From positions 32,897-96,896 of IMG/VR virus record IMGVR_UViG_3300033553_000165: 64,000 nucleotides of DNA. One strand, written 5' to 3'. The stretch's first letter is position 1. Every line of letters starts with the position of its first letter. Below are positions 18,501 to 26,360 of the stretch, in pieces. The notes under the pieces were generated by a model. That model did not search any database, was not told the origin of the DNA, and saw only the letters and a program-made list of their open reading frames with translations. The DNA is from a virus. A program made the translations under genes and the position numbers.

Positions 18501-19194
18501 GAATGAAACCGTTGAAATTTACGTTCACTTCCGTGTTGATTCTTAATAAGTTTCTCCAACCCTTCTCATTCTTAGCATAAACTTTTATCTCAAAAATATT
18601 TTGAAAGTCGGCTTCCGGATCATAATCGTACGCAACCGAATAGGTCGCCCCCATAATTGACTTAACTTCGCTGCCGCATTCTAATTGAAAAGCCAGTGTT
18701 CCTGCTAAGGTGTCTTTGTCGCAAATTGCTAAAGACGGGTGCTTGAAATACTTAGCTTTCTTAACCCAATCTTTCGGCTCCCCAGATCCATTTAATAATT
18801 CGTATCCAGTGTGTACTCCCAGATTTACGAAAGGAATCGGAACCTCGGGTTCATATTCCCCTAAACTTAGAAATTCGTTAAATTCGGGCAGATAAATCAC
18901 GTCGTTGATTTGATCCTTTCCGGTTTTTGAAGTACTTGAATAATAGAACCTTGAACCCCATCTGAAAAGCAAGAATCTTACCTCATCTTCCTCTTCAACA
19001 AAATCCTTTTCCTCATCGGTCATTTTGAAATAGTACTCCCCTTGATCTTTTGAGTCTTCGTTCGTTAATAGGATACCATTTTTAGGTTCAACAAAAAGAA
19101 GAGTCCCCAATTTAGGGACTCTTATACAATTTACTTCCTCAACGATTTCGCAATTAATATTGTGATCTTCTATCCAAGCCTTCAATTCTTCCAT
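15568..19194 (-). CDS. dnaE: DNA polymerase III alpha subunit (family C)
   Basis: PHP domain, GPGRGSAGGSLVAY, LLFERF, PDIDVDF, KEDILG, FQF, RPGP, YGFNRSHS, PPDINKS. Confidence 0.96.
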   Translation of the reverse strand: MEELKAWIEDHNINCEIVEEVNCIRVPKLGTLLFVEPKNGILLTNEDSKDQGEYYFKMTDEEKDFVEEEDEVRFLLFRWGSRFYYSSTSKTGKDQINDVIYLPEFNEFLSLGEYEPEVPIPFVNLGVHTGYELLNGSGEPKDWVKKAKYFKHPSLAICDKDTLAGTLAFQLECGSEVKSIMGATYSVAYDYDPEADFQNIFEIKVYAKNEKGWRNLLRINTEVNVNFNGFIPEEILLQYNEGIICVIPRDSYFNRIINKSKLFLERIEIYQEIYGKENLYYQIDLNELEDEVIDMENLNNIKTYMKKFYKVLKPIYIGDCYYSEKVNSGVKKLLNDISRKSQPVSSQQYYKDSQTIINENLPLFGDEDKLDIFIESLTNTVEVAEACDFLIDVGNHKLPKFEHEDTIGLYYQKIEEGFTEKVLNKFEDEKTINEYVERIQEENDVIVGAGFVDYFMILWDIVDWSKKNDILVGPGRGSAGGSLVAYLLGVTEIDPIEYDLLFERFMNKTRVSGERAKSADALPDIDVDFEGSKRQEVKRYIEQKYGVSSVCSVGTYSRMKVKSALKDFGRVMGLQFQDINFATKEIPDSQKANWQEIFDNAMIKPKLKSFVQKNAEVCEVIKGVLGQPRAGSIHPSAVLIVPKEDKDGNPMTVFDWLPVKKIDGNLVAEWEGKYVDRAGFLKEDILGIAQLDKFKEVLRLIKVNQGKKINLNKIPVNRRSVFKFFQKGWNEDVFQFGTSGLKSYSKKVRPDNIEDLISMNALFRPGPMDSDAHNDFAKIKHKEKKAKFDPYMDVITKNTHGLYVFQEQVMQAMVVGGLTLAEADQVRTYMKKFDDKSLAKFKEKFIQGYSVLFAEGDGEEIAIKVWDKLYAFSAYGFNRSHSAAYTLMGYWCQYLKVKYPLEFWTGSLNFSDEKNEVPNRLSEITAINLNSKKKIKVMPPDINKSDRHFTSDPEENTIYWSLTKIKHAGEVAVAEILRAREDGGMFFSLEEFLNRVPKSKVNKRVVTNLIVAGAFDAIEDSEGDVVGNQSRKRYKVLKTYYELIKADIPEEIETDENNDKNWFWTYKQRDITGFGEIDYKELLMKKTKVKRVISSYWNGQSFLSWNDTKKGKRGRYDDGEPCTIAGRVLAIFDAVDRNGDIYHKVSIESNNAIILTVLWKEEAKKYGKQFKELNITKGMFAVHGGAFFDDFRGKNMFKVTSRTKVIEL

Positions 19195-19195
19195 A

Positions 19196-20383
19196 TTATA
19201 ACTTAGCTGATTGTATTAGTTTTTCCGCTATCACTTCGCCTACTTCGTTATCTAACTTTGAATAGAAAAAATTCTGCGCTAATGCTAAGATATCAAGTGG
19301 GGGATATAATTCGGCAATATCAATAATCTGAAGAAGTTTCTCAAACTTTGCCTTTTCGCTTCTATCAGAAATAAATTTATAATCAATATACAAAAACAGT
19401 AATTCGTAAGTCAGGTACAAGAAGTTTGAAAACGCCTTTACGGATTCTTCTTGTTTTTCCGTTAACTCCGTTTTATTTCTACAAGCATCAATTACTAAGC
19501 TGAACATTTTATCAATTTGCCTTAGCCTTAAATTAACATCTATAGAGTCAAAATTGAAATCCATCTTAAACGGAATAGCGTTATCATAAAGGTCTTCAAA
19601 TTTACCGTTCGTGATTTGAATATTATCATACATATTGAAGGTCGTTGGGTTGGAAGTGTAAACGTGTAAACTTTGAGAATTATGCGTTTGCGTTCCTAAC
19701 TCTACCCCTAATATTCTTGCCATAACTTCCGTCACAAAACTAAACTGGAAGACGTTAGTGGGTAAACCCCAATGTAAATCGTTGCTTCTGTTAGCTATCG
19801 TCGTGATCATTTTTCCGTCCCTTATTTTAAGCATAACAAAATCGTTACACGGGATATCTACAGAGTCCGTACCTAAATCAAGTTCGGCATTCCAAATCTG
19901 TAGGGCAACCCTTCTGGTTTCCGGATTTTCATCTAACATTTGTAAAGCTTTCTCAACTTGATCAAACCCATCAATGATCTGTTGTGATGCGTGACCGTTG
20001 TTTTCCGGAGAAGTGGAATTTATTTCATCATAACTACTTACCCCGTGTTTCCGCATTCTGAAACCGTATGGTGCGTGAAATACCTTCCCATCGTCTGAGA
20101 ATGTTTTCATTTTCGTATTAAAGATTTCCAGAAATTCTACATCCTTTTCCCCTTTGAAAATCCAAAGTGCTTCAGCTAATAAAAAAAATATGTTTATATC
20201 CCTTTCATTATTCCCAACGCATCTAAAATATGGATTGGTTATCTTCAGCTTGAAATCTAAAATCTCTCTCGTGTCCCCATATCGGCTGGGAATGAAGTCC
20301 CCGTTCTCAATAATATATTTATTGACGAAGGGATAATCATATGAAAACCTTTCGGTCTTTAAAGATTCATTTACTATATTCAT
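19196..20383 (-). CDS. Thymidylate synthase homologue, probable dUMP hydroxymethylase
   Basis: APYGFR, ETRR, DIPCN, NRSNDLHWGLPTN, SLHVY. PCN/RSND..WG rather than the ThyA PCH/QRSAD..G; Asn at the dUMP/dCMP specificity position. Confidence 0.75.
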   Translation of the reverse strand: MNIVNESLKTERFSYDYPFVNKYIIENGDFIPSRYGDTREILDFKLKITNPYFRCVGNNERDINIFFLLAEALWIFKGEKDVEFLEIFNTKMKTFSDDGKVFHAPYGFRMRKHGVSSYDEINSTSPENNGHASQQIIDGFDQVEKALQMLDENPETRRVALQIWNAELDLGTDSVDIPCNDFVMLKIRDGKMITTIANRSNDLHWGLPTNVFQFSFVTEVMARILGVELGTQTHNSQSLHVYTSNPTTFNMYDNIQITNGKFEDLYDNAIPFKMDFNFDSIDVNLRLRQIDKMFSLVIDACRNKTELTEKQEESVKAFSNFLYLTYELLFLYIDYKFISDRSEKAKFEKLLQIIDIAELYPPLDILALAQNFFYSKLDNEVGEVIAEKLIQSAKL

Positions 20384-20421
20384 AACTTACTTTTTTAATT
20401 ATAATAAATAACCGTGTAATA

Positions 20422-20447
20422 GAAAAGGCTCCCGAAGGAGCCTTTCC
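20422..20447 (-). terminator. Rho-independent terminator with UUCG loop
   Basis: Minus strand AAAGGCTCC-TTCG-GGAGCCTTTT. Confidence 0.85.
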
Positions 20448-20474
20448 AAACTTACCGCTAAAATCTACCCCCAC

Positions 20475-21491
20475 TTATTTCTTAGCGGCAGTTTTCTTTT
20501 TAGAAGTGGTTTTCTTAGCTGCGGGTGCCTTTGAAGAGGATTTCTTCTTAATGATTTTCTTCTTCGGCTTTTTAGCTGGAGCAGTCTCCTCTACCTCAGC
20601 TTCAGCTTCGGCTTCTACTTTCGGAGCCTTTTTGCTTTTAATAGCAGCAACCTTTTCTTCTTTATCACTTTTTAAATCGTCCATCATCTTCTTACGATTT
20701 TTCCCAAGCTTCTCATCTTTCTTACCGAGTCCAGTCAGAATAGCTTGAAACTTTTCAGCGTCGTCGGTCATAAGCGTTACAAGGTCATTAACATCTACGT
20801 CGTGAACTAAATGGTTTCCGGACCAGTCGGATTTTATTTCATAATCTTCACCAAATAGGCTTCTCACATCGTCCTCTTTTTTCAGGACTGGGAAGTAAAC
20901 CCGAGCAAGTATTTGTTCACCCTTACACTTCGGAGAGTCAAAAGAGAAGAAAGCACGTTTACTATTATCTCCAAGGAACTTAACCGTAACACCCCCGTTG
21001 GCGATAAAGTTGAAATCAAATGCGTCATCAGGTGATAATGCCTCAACCGCTGATACAAGTGCGTCGTACCTTTTAGCGTCTTCCGGATTATTTTTCGGAT
21101 CAAGACGTTTTGTAACTCGCTTCACTTTATCCTTTTTCTCAGCCTTTGGTTTAGTAGCTTTAGGCTTCGGTGTCTTTTTGGCGGGTTTGGTATCTTCTTC
21201 TTCCTCTTCCATTTCTTCTTCCTCAACTTCCGCTTCAATTTCCGCTTCCAAATCTTCTTCAGCTTCTACCTCTTCTGCCAGTTCGTCGTTTTCTTTATCA
21301 GAACCTTCATACATTAGGGAAGACATTTCAAAAAGTTCATCGAAGGTATCTTCATCAACGTCTTCAATATCTTCTGAGTGAAGGAAAGCAATCATTGCCT
21401 TTCTTCCGGCTTCTACGTCTTTAGCGTTTTTGATTCCGATTGACTGAAGTTGTTTAACTTGAGCCTTTGATAATTTTTCCGATTTTGCCAT
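20475..21491 (-). CDS. Hypothetical protein with acidic tracts and histone-H1-like PAKK tail
   Basis: E/D-rich N-terminal half; C-terminus APAKKPKKKIIKKKSSSKAPAAKKTTSKKKTAAKK. Confidence 0.75.
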   Translation of the reverse strand: MAKSEKLSKAQVKQLQSIGIKNAKDVEAGRKAMIAFLHSEDIEDVDEDTFDELFEMSSLMYEGSDKENDELAEEVEAEEDLEAEIEAEVEEEEMEEEEEDTKPAKKTPKPKATKPKAEKKDKVKRVTKRLDPKNNPEDAKRYDALVSAVEALSPDDAFDFNFIANGGVTVKFLGDNSKRAFFSFDSPKCKGEQILARVYFPVLKKEDDVRSLFGEDYEIKSDWSGNHLVHDVDVNDLVTLMTDDAEKFQAILTGLGKKDEKLGKNRKKMMDDLKSDKEEKVAAIKSKKAPKVEAEAEAEVEETAPAKKPKKKIIKKKSSSKAPAAKKTTSKKKTAAKK

Positions 21492-21567
21492 TGTTTCTAA
21501 AATTTAAATGATTATTAATTGTTTTCGATTTATTATTGTTAATTGTTAGTAATTAACTTTGTAAATT

Positions 21568-22137
21568 TTATGAAGATGTAAATACTTCAAATTCATTTAC
21601 ATTAGTTTTATTCGCTTCTAAATATTCCCTCAAGTATTCCAGCGTGGTGTTAATTAGGATATCTGCATTACAAGTTCCCTTATATAGTTTCTTTGTCTTT
21701 TTGACATCAAAATCCCTTAGGATGAGGATTTGTAAAATTTTACGCTGTTCTCCCTTAAAAATGTTAAGTATACTTTCCGAACCTATCTTCACATCCATAC
21801 GTTCAATAGTTAGTAGCTCAACCTCAACCCCACGGTCATACCCCATTTCTGAATCTCTGACGAAGCTCATCTGATTGATCTCCTTGATCATATCCCGTGA
21901 TTTATTCAACATAGTAGTTTTAAGGTAAAATTCGATAGGGATGGGTCGGTTGCGTCCCGTCTTCTTAAATTCGTTCCAGCGTCGGGCATAGGCTTTAATC
22001 GCTAAAAATAAACGGATTTTTAGTTCCTGCTGAATATCCTCTTTTTCTAATCCGAGATTTTCCTCGTTCCAAATCTTACTTGCGTAAAAATTTGCTAAAC
22101 CTTCGTACTTGTGGAATATTTTTTCGACTGTGGTCAT
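21568..22137 (-). CDS. Sigma-factor-like protein
   Basis: KYEGLANFYASK...LEKEDIQQELKIRLFLAIKAY...FYLKTTMLNKSRDMIK: ECF/phage sigma region-2 pattern. Confidence 0.65.
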   Translation of the reverse strand: MTTVEKIFHKYEGLANFYASKIWNEENLGLEKEDIQQELKIRLFLAIKAYARRWNEFKKTGRNRPIPIEFYLKTTMLNKSRDMIKEINQMSFVRDSEMGYDRGVEVELLTIERMDVKIGSESILNIFKGEQRKILQILILRDFDVKKTKKLYKGTCNADILINTTLEYLREYLEANKTNVNEFEVFTSS

Positions 22138-22161
22138 ATCGCCTGTGGGGGATTTGTACGG

Positions 22162-22416
22162 TTAAACTAATTCTCTTTCCATTAGGGTGACTTCATAATC
22201 TCCAAAACTCGTGGCCCAATCTTCTATGATCTCTCCTACGGTTTCGCCTGTCTCCTCGGCTCTGAGTTTGGCCTCCTCAACTAATTGTTGACCACTGCCT
22301 TCATATATCCTTGGAAAATATAAACCCTTTTGAATACAAAGCCACTGTTCTGCCCTGTCGAAAGTTTCTTCGTCAACCCCTTCAATTATGATATTTAAAA
22401 TTATAGTATTTGCCAT
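22162..22416 (-). CDS. Hypothetical protein
   Basis: ORF track. Confidence 0.7.
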   Translation of the reverse strand: MANTIILNIIIEGVDEETFDRAEQWLCIQKGLYFPRIYEGSGQQLVEEAKLRAEETGETVGEIIEDWATSFGDYEVTLMERELV

Positions 22417-22452
22417 CTTGAAAATTTTTACGGTTAAAAATTAATTACCTTA

Positions 22453-22460
22453 CAAAGATA
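22453..22460 (-). promoter_or_regulatory. Bacteroidota-type -7 promoter box (TAnnTTTG)
   Basis: Minus strand TATCTTTG(TA) in an AT-rich intergenic gap, 36 nt upstream of ORF 22162..22416. The motif is short and could be chance. Confidence 0.45.
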
Positions 22461-22510
22461 TAACTCTTTTTACAATAAAAAAAATATTTTGTAAATTATT
22501 TTAAAAACTT

Positions 22511-22945
22511 TTACAATATCCTTTTAATTTCATTTAGGTCAACCTCACACTCATTATCACCTTGCTCAATTGTGGCCATACCTTCCGTCAAGTCATATTG
22601 TAGTAACTTGGCTCCTCTACCTTGGTAAGAAAAATCGCTCCCTATAAAGTAATAGAAATATCGATCACGATTGGATAACCCCTGAGGATTTCCAAACTCA
22701 TTATAAAATTTATTTTCAGCTTCCTTTCTAACGCCTTCTGAATTGAAGATATTTAACAAATCATTCTTTCCGGAGATATCCTCAATTTTTTCCTTTTTAA
22801 ATTCCAGTACATCAAAATACTTTTCTTTGTCCCTTTTAGATGGATAGATTTTTGTCCTCAGCTCATACAATAGGTATTCCTGTTGAAGCTGATCAAAATA
22901 ATCTAATATTGAAATATGTCTTCTTTTTTTAACCTCGTTTTTCAT
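22511..22945 (-). CDS. Hypothetical protein
   Basis: ORF track; abuts primase. Confidence 0.7.
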   Translation of the reverse strand: MKNEVKKRRHISILDYFDQLQQEYLLYELRTKIYPSKRDKEKYFDVLEFKKEKIEDISGKNDLLNIFNSEGVRKEAENKFYNEFGNPQGLSNRDRYFYYFIGSDFSYQGRGAKLLQYDLTEGMATIEQGDNECEVDLNEIKRIL

Positions 22946-23929
22946 CTATAACTTTTTTACAAATTTTCTATCAAAGTAGTGCACATCGTACAATCTATCA
23001 AAGATTTCAATAATTTCCTTTTCGCTTGAATCGTTTATATCCTTATTATAGGTGAAACTAATCTTAACATTAAAAAAGTCGTTAAGAATTTTTCCGTATT
23101 TCTTCATTTCTCTTATAGCATCATAATCAAAAATGAGAATAATATTCTTTACACCCTTCCTCAAAAGTTTCAAAATCTGACTCTGTGAAATCTTCTTACC
23201 GAAAGTACAACAACATTTTACTTCTTCTTGTTCGTATAATTGTAATGTATTGTCTAAAGTAACTTTATCGGTAAACCCCTCAAGTAATATTACCGTATCT
23301 GTTTTTTCCGTTATTTCATCATAACCTAATAATAGGTTTGAAAATTTCGCTCCACTATCATTTAGATATCTGAGCTTCTTCCGTCCTGTACGTTCTTCGT
23401 ACCTTTCAACCTTTTCCTTACTCCAAGTGAGTCTGGACAAATAACCTTTAACCTCGTCGTCCTCTTCAACCGCTAATATAATATAATCTTTTAAATTAGG
23501 AACCAAATTTGTGTATCCGAATTTCAACTTTTTTAAGTTTTCCGGAAGGAACCTTCTAGAATAAAGGTATTCGTCGTCTGTGACTCTTTTGAACCCTATC
23601 GGAAGTCTGCGCTTCTCAGGCTCAAGATCAACCTCATCATCATTTACATCAAATGCAAATTCTGAGAGAGACTTCAACTTTGTACGATCAATGCTTTTAA
23701 ATTCTCCAAGTAGAAATAACTTACCAAGGAAAGTTAGTAGCTTTATGATATTACCTTCCTCACCGCATTTTTTACAATCCCAGAGTTGTGTATGTCTATT
23801 AATATAAAAGTGACGTTCCTTATTACAATATGGACAGTTGGAGATATATTGATTCCCTCCACCTAAACGAAATTTTTTATCGAATAGGGAACGTAAATCG
23901 TTATCGGGAATTGTAACATTTTTAGCCAT
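22946..23929 (-). CDS. dnaG: DNA primase
   Basis: Zinc ribbon CPYC...H...CKKC; TOPRIM LEGFTD and FDYDA, KDIND. Confidence 0.9.
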   Translation of the reverse strand: MAKNVTIPDNDLRSLFDKKFRLGGGNQYISNCPYCNKERHFYINRHTQLWDCKKCGEEGNIIKLLTFLGKLFLLGEFKSIDRTKLKSLSEFAFDVNDDEVDLEPEKRRLPIGFKRVTDDEYLYSRRFLPENLKKLKFGYTNLVPNLKDYIILAVEEDDEVKGYLSRLTWSKEKVERYEERTGRKKLRYLNDSGAKFSNLLLGYDEITEKTDTVILLEGFTDKVTLDNTLQLYEQEEVKCCCTFGKKISQSQILKLLRKGVKNIILIFDYDAIREMKKYGKILNDFFNVKISFTYNKDINDSSEKEIIEIFDRLYDVHYFDRKFVKKL

Positions 23930-25313
23930 TGTCTATTATTTCATCAATATCATCTTCATACTCTACCATTAAGTCTAACGTCTTACGACGGTCGTAGAAG
24001 CGTGATCGTTTGAAATTAGTAACTATGCGAGTTATTTGACCGGAACTGTATTCCCGCATCTTATCAGCAAATATCCGAAGCTGAGAGAATACTTCCCCCG
24101 ATTCTTCATCAACAGCTTTCATTTCATCATAGGTTTGATTCATTGTAAAGAAGAAGTCAAATGGACGAATCTTACCTTTGTCCTCAGAAAGAAATTCTCT
24201 GGTCATAACGAAGTTTGGATCTTTCTTGAGTTCGGAAGGTAAATTTGAAGCCTGTGTAACCGTTCCGACCACAACATTTTGCTCCATAGCTAACTCCTTC
24301 ATAAATCGCCCTATCTTCTGTTGACGGAAACGTTCATTTTGGGGACCATAAGATATTCCGTCTCCAATTTCCAATAACTCCAAATAATCTATAAGTACGA
24401 GCCTCAAATCATCACCATATAACTTCTTCAACTCAATTACAGAATTTCGGATTTCAATAGTAGTAACTCCCCCAAACTTTTCAAACGCCTCAACATATAT
24501 TTCCCCTCGTACCTTTTTAATAATCTGACCGACTTTCTTATATCGGCTCTGCTCCATCTTACCTCCCTTTATATCGTGATACAGTGCCCCAGTCCAAGCT
24601 GAATCTAATCTATCCATAACCTGCCGTTCCGTACCTTCAATCTGGAATAAAGCAACCTTATCTCCTCTACGTGCCGTTTGAACCGCCCAGTGGATAAGCC
24701 ATTGAGATTTACCGATACCTGATTCCGCCATCATTAAAACAACCTCTCCCGTTTCCGGACCACCATTACTAAATTCATCCAGCCTATCTATCACGAAAGG
24801 AACTTTATGGCGAACATCGTCTCCTAAAATCCTTTCGCTATTTCTTTCATTGAAACCCGCAAATACCTTTTTAAAGATTTTGTCTTTAATGCTAAAATTA
24901 TGAATTTCTTCCGCACCTTTAGCAAATACCTTAAAAGCTTCCTTTTCGTCTCCACGGTTGTAAAGCTCTCCGGAAGATTCATAAATCTCCACGAACATAC
25001 TTTCTTTAATAAAATCTTGGAAGGCATCAATCACCGACATCGGGTCAGAAACTTCATTGTCTTTAATTTCAACAATGAAATCCTTAACCTTTTCGTCTTT
25101 TCGTAATTCTACCTGAATAAGTCCTAAGGATGGGACTTTATTTTTTAACCGATAAATTTGGTTAGCTTTTTTCCAGAACTTCTTTTCGTGTTCTAGCGTG
25201 AGATAGGAGTATTTTAAATGTTGCGCTAATATCTCAAAAAATTCTTCTTTTTTAAATGCAATTGTAAATAAATCTAGAATGTACTCACCTGTTAAGTGTT
25301 GATTGTCTGCCAT
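23922..25313 (-). CDS. dnaB: Replicative DnaB-like helicase
   Basis: GEVVLMMAESGIGKS, FQIE, LIDYLELL, TVTQ, DKMR; adjacent to primase. Confidence 0.9.
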   Translation of the reverse strand: MADNQHLTGEYILDLFTIAFKKEEFFEILAQHLKYSYLTLEHEKKFWKKANQIYRLKNKVPSLGLIQVELRKDEKVKDFIVEIKDNEVSDPMSVIDAFQDFIKESMFVEIYESSGELYNRGDEKEAFKVFAKGAEEIHNFSIKDKIFKKVFAGFNERNSERILGDDVRHKVPFVIDRLDEFSNGGPETGEVVLMMAESGIGKSQWLIHWAVQTARRGDKVALFQIEGTERQVMDRLDSAWTGALYHDIKGGKMEQSRYKKVGQIIKKVRGEIYVEAFEKFGGVTTIEIRNSVIELKKLYGDDLRLVLIDYLELLEIGDGISYGPQNERFRQQKIGRFMKELAMEQNVVVGTVTQASNLPSELKKDPNFVMTREFLSEDKGKIRPFDFFFTMNQTYDEMKAVDEESGEVFSQLRIFADKMREYSSGQITRIVTNFKRSRFYDRRKTLDLMVEYEDDIDEIIDNG

Positions 25314-25777
25314 ACTTTACCGTCGTTATAATCGTACTCCAGGAACGTTCTTTCGTTGGGGGAGCCGAAGTCAATTATATATTTTCCTTTAGTTCGGTCG
25401 TCCGAGTACCAGTGAATAACTCTCTGGTCGTATTCCTTTCTCGTAATACCTAATTTCTTTACAGCTTGTTGAAGATTCGAAACAATCAACCAATATATAT
25501 TACTGTAACTTTTACTTTGAACTTTACCGCTTATGCGATTAAAACCCTTTTCTGTTACTCTTATAACTGGAACAACTGCCCGAAAGTTTTCCTTATCTAC
25601 CAATGTGTGAGTTACCTTAAATGTACCATTTATTATATGATAATCTGTAGGCAACCACCTCCCATTAGTTTTTAACATATACCCATAATCATTCAGCCAT
25701 TCATAAAAATGCTTCCGCTTAAATCCAAGCATCTTTGCTACCTCCGTAACCATTAAATTTCTAGTCGCTTGTCCCAT
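25292..25777 (-). CDS. Antirepressor KilAC (ANT)-domain DNA-binding protein
   Basis: VTEVAKMLG...FYEWL..GY...WLPT...G.F.V...RVTEKG. Confidence 0.75.
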   Translation of the reverse strand: MGQATRNLMVTEVAKMLGFKRKHFYEWLNDYGYMLKTNGRWLPTDYHIINGTFKVTHTLVDKENFRAVVPVIRVTEKGFNRISGKVQSKSYSNIYWLIVSNLQQAVKKLGITRKEYDQRVIHWYSDDRTKGKYIIDFGSPNERTFLEYDYNDGKVWQTINT

Positions 25778-26360
25778 AACCTCGCTTTTTATAAATCTTA
25801 GGATATTGAAGTTTTAATTCTTCCTTACATTCTTTTATTTTAGGGCATTTCATACATAATGGACTCTTGTGGTTATATAGGGTTGTTGCTAATAAACAAT
25901 TGTAAAACCCTTTAACCGTTCCGAAGAACCTAACTTTCTCATCTTCCTCAACGGGATTGAGATTTAAAAGCAAATCGTCCCAGTTTTCTTTTACTAACCT
26001 TGACTTCAATTTAACGTCCGTCTTCAGATTTTTTCTTACAATAAAACCTATAATTTTTTTATCAACCTTCTTCCACCTCGCAATAGCTTTCTTTCCCACA
26101 ATCCACTCAATCTGGATAGCCTTAACGGAGCTCTTACTGTCGTACTTGTACCAATGGTTAAATTGAAATTCAAAATACTGGCGAAGGTAATCTTCCTGGA
26201 GAACTTTAGTCTTGGAAAGTTCTTTTATATCCCGTACAAAATTCTCTATGGTTTTTTCCTTACTGTCCGTGATCTTAAATCTGTAATTGGTTACATTTAA
26301 TACACTGGAATAGTAGTATTTGAATAAATTTACAATTAATCTAAGTTCACTCTTTTTCAT
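25761..26360 (-). CDS. Hypothetical replication-module protein with C-terminal Cys cluster
   Basis: ORF track; C...CMKCPKIKEC. Confidence 0.65.
   Translation of the reverse strand: MKKSELRLIVNLFKYYYSSVLNVTNYRFKITDSKEKTIENFVRDIKELSKTKVLQEDYLRQYFEFQFNHWYKYDSKSSVKAIQIEWIVGKKAIARWKKVDKKIIGFIVRKNLKTDVKLKSRLVKENWDDLLLNLNPVEEDEKVRFFGTVKGFYNCLLATTLYNHKSPLCMKCPKIKECKEELKLQYPKIYKKRGYGTSD

Noticed and set aside
15568-19194. Intein or intron in dnaE (also checked in the helicases and recA)
   Set aside because: Protein lengths are normal and no intein splice motifs or homing-endonuclease ORFs were seen.
21554-21561. TAACTTTG on the + strand as an antisense promoter against the sigma gene
   Set aside because: TAnnTTTG is expected by chance roughly every 1-2 kb in this base composition, and there is no other support.
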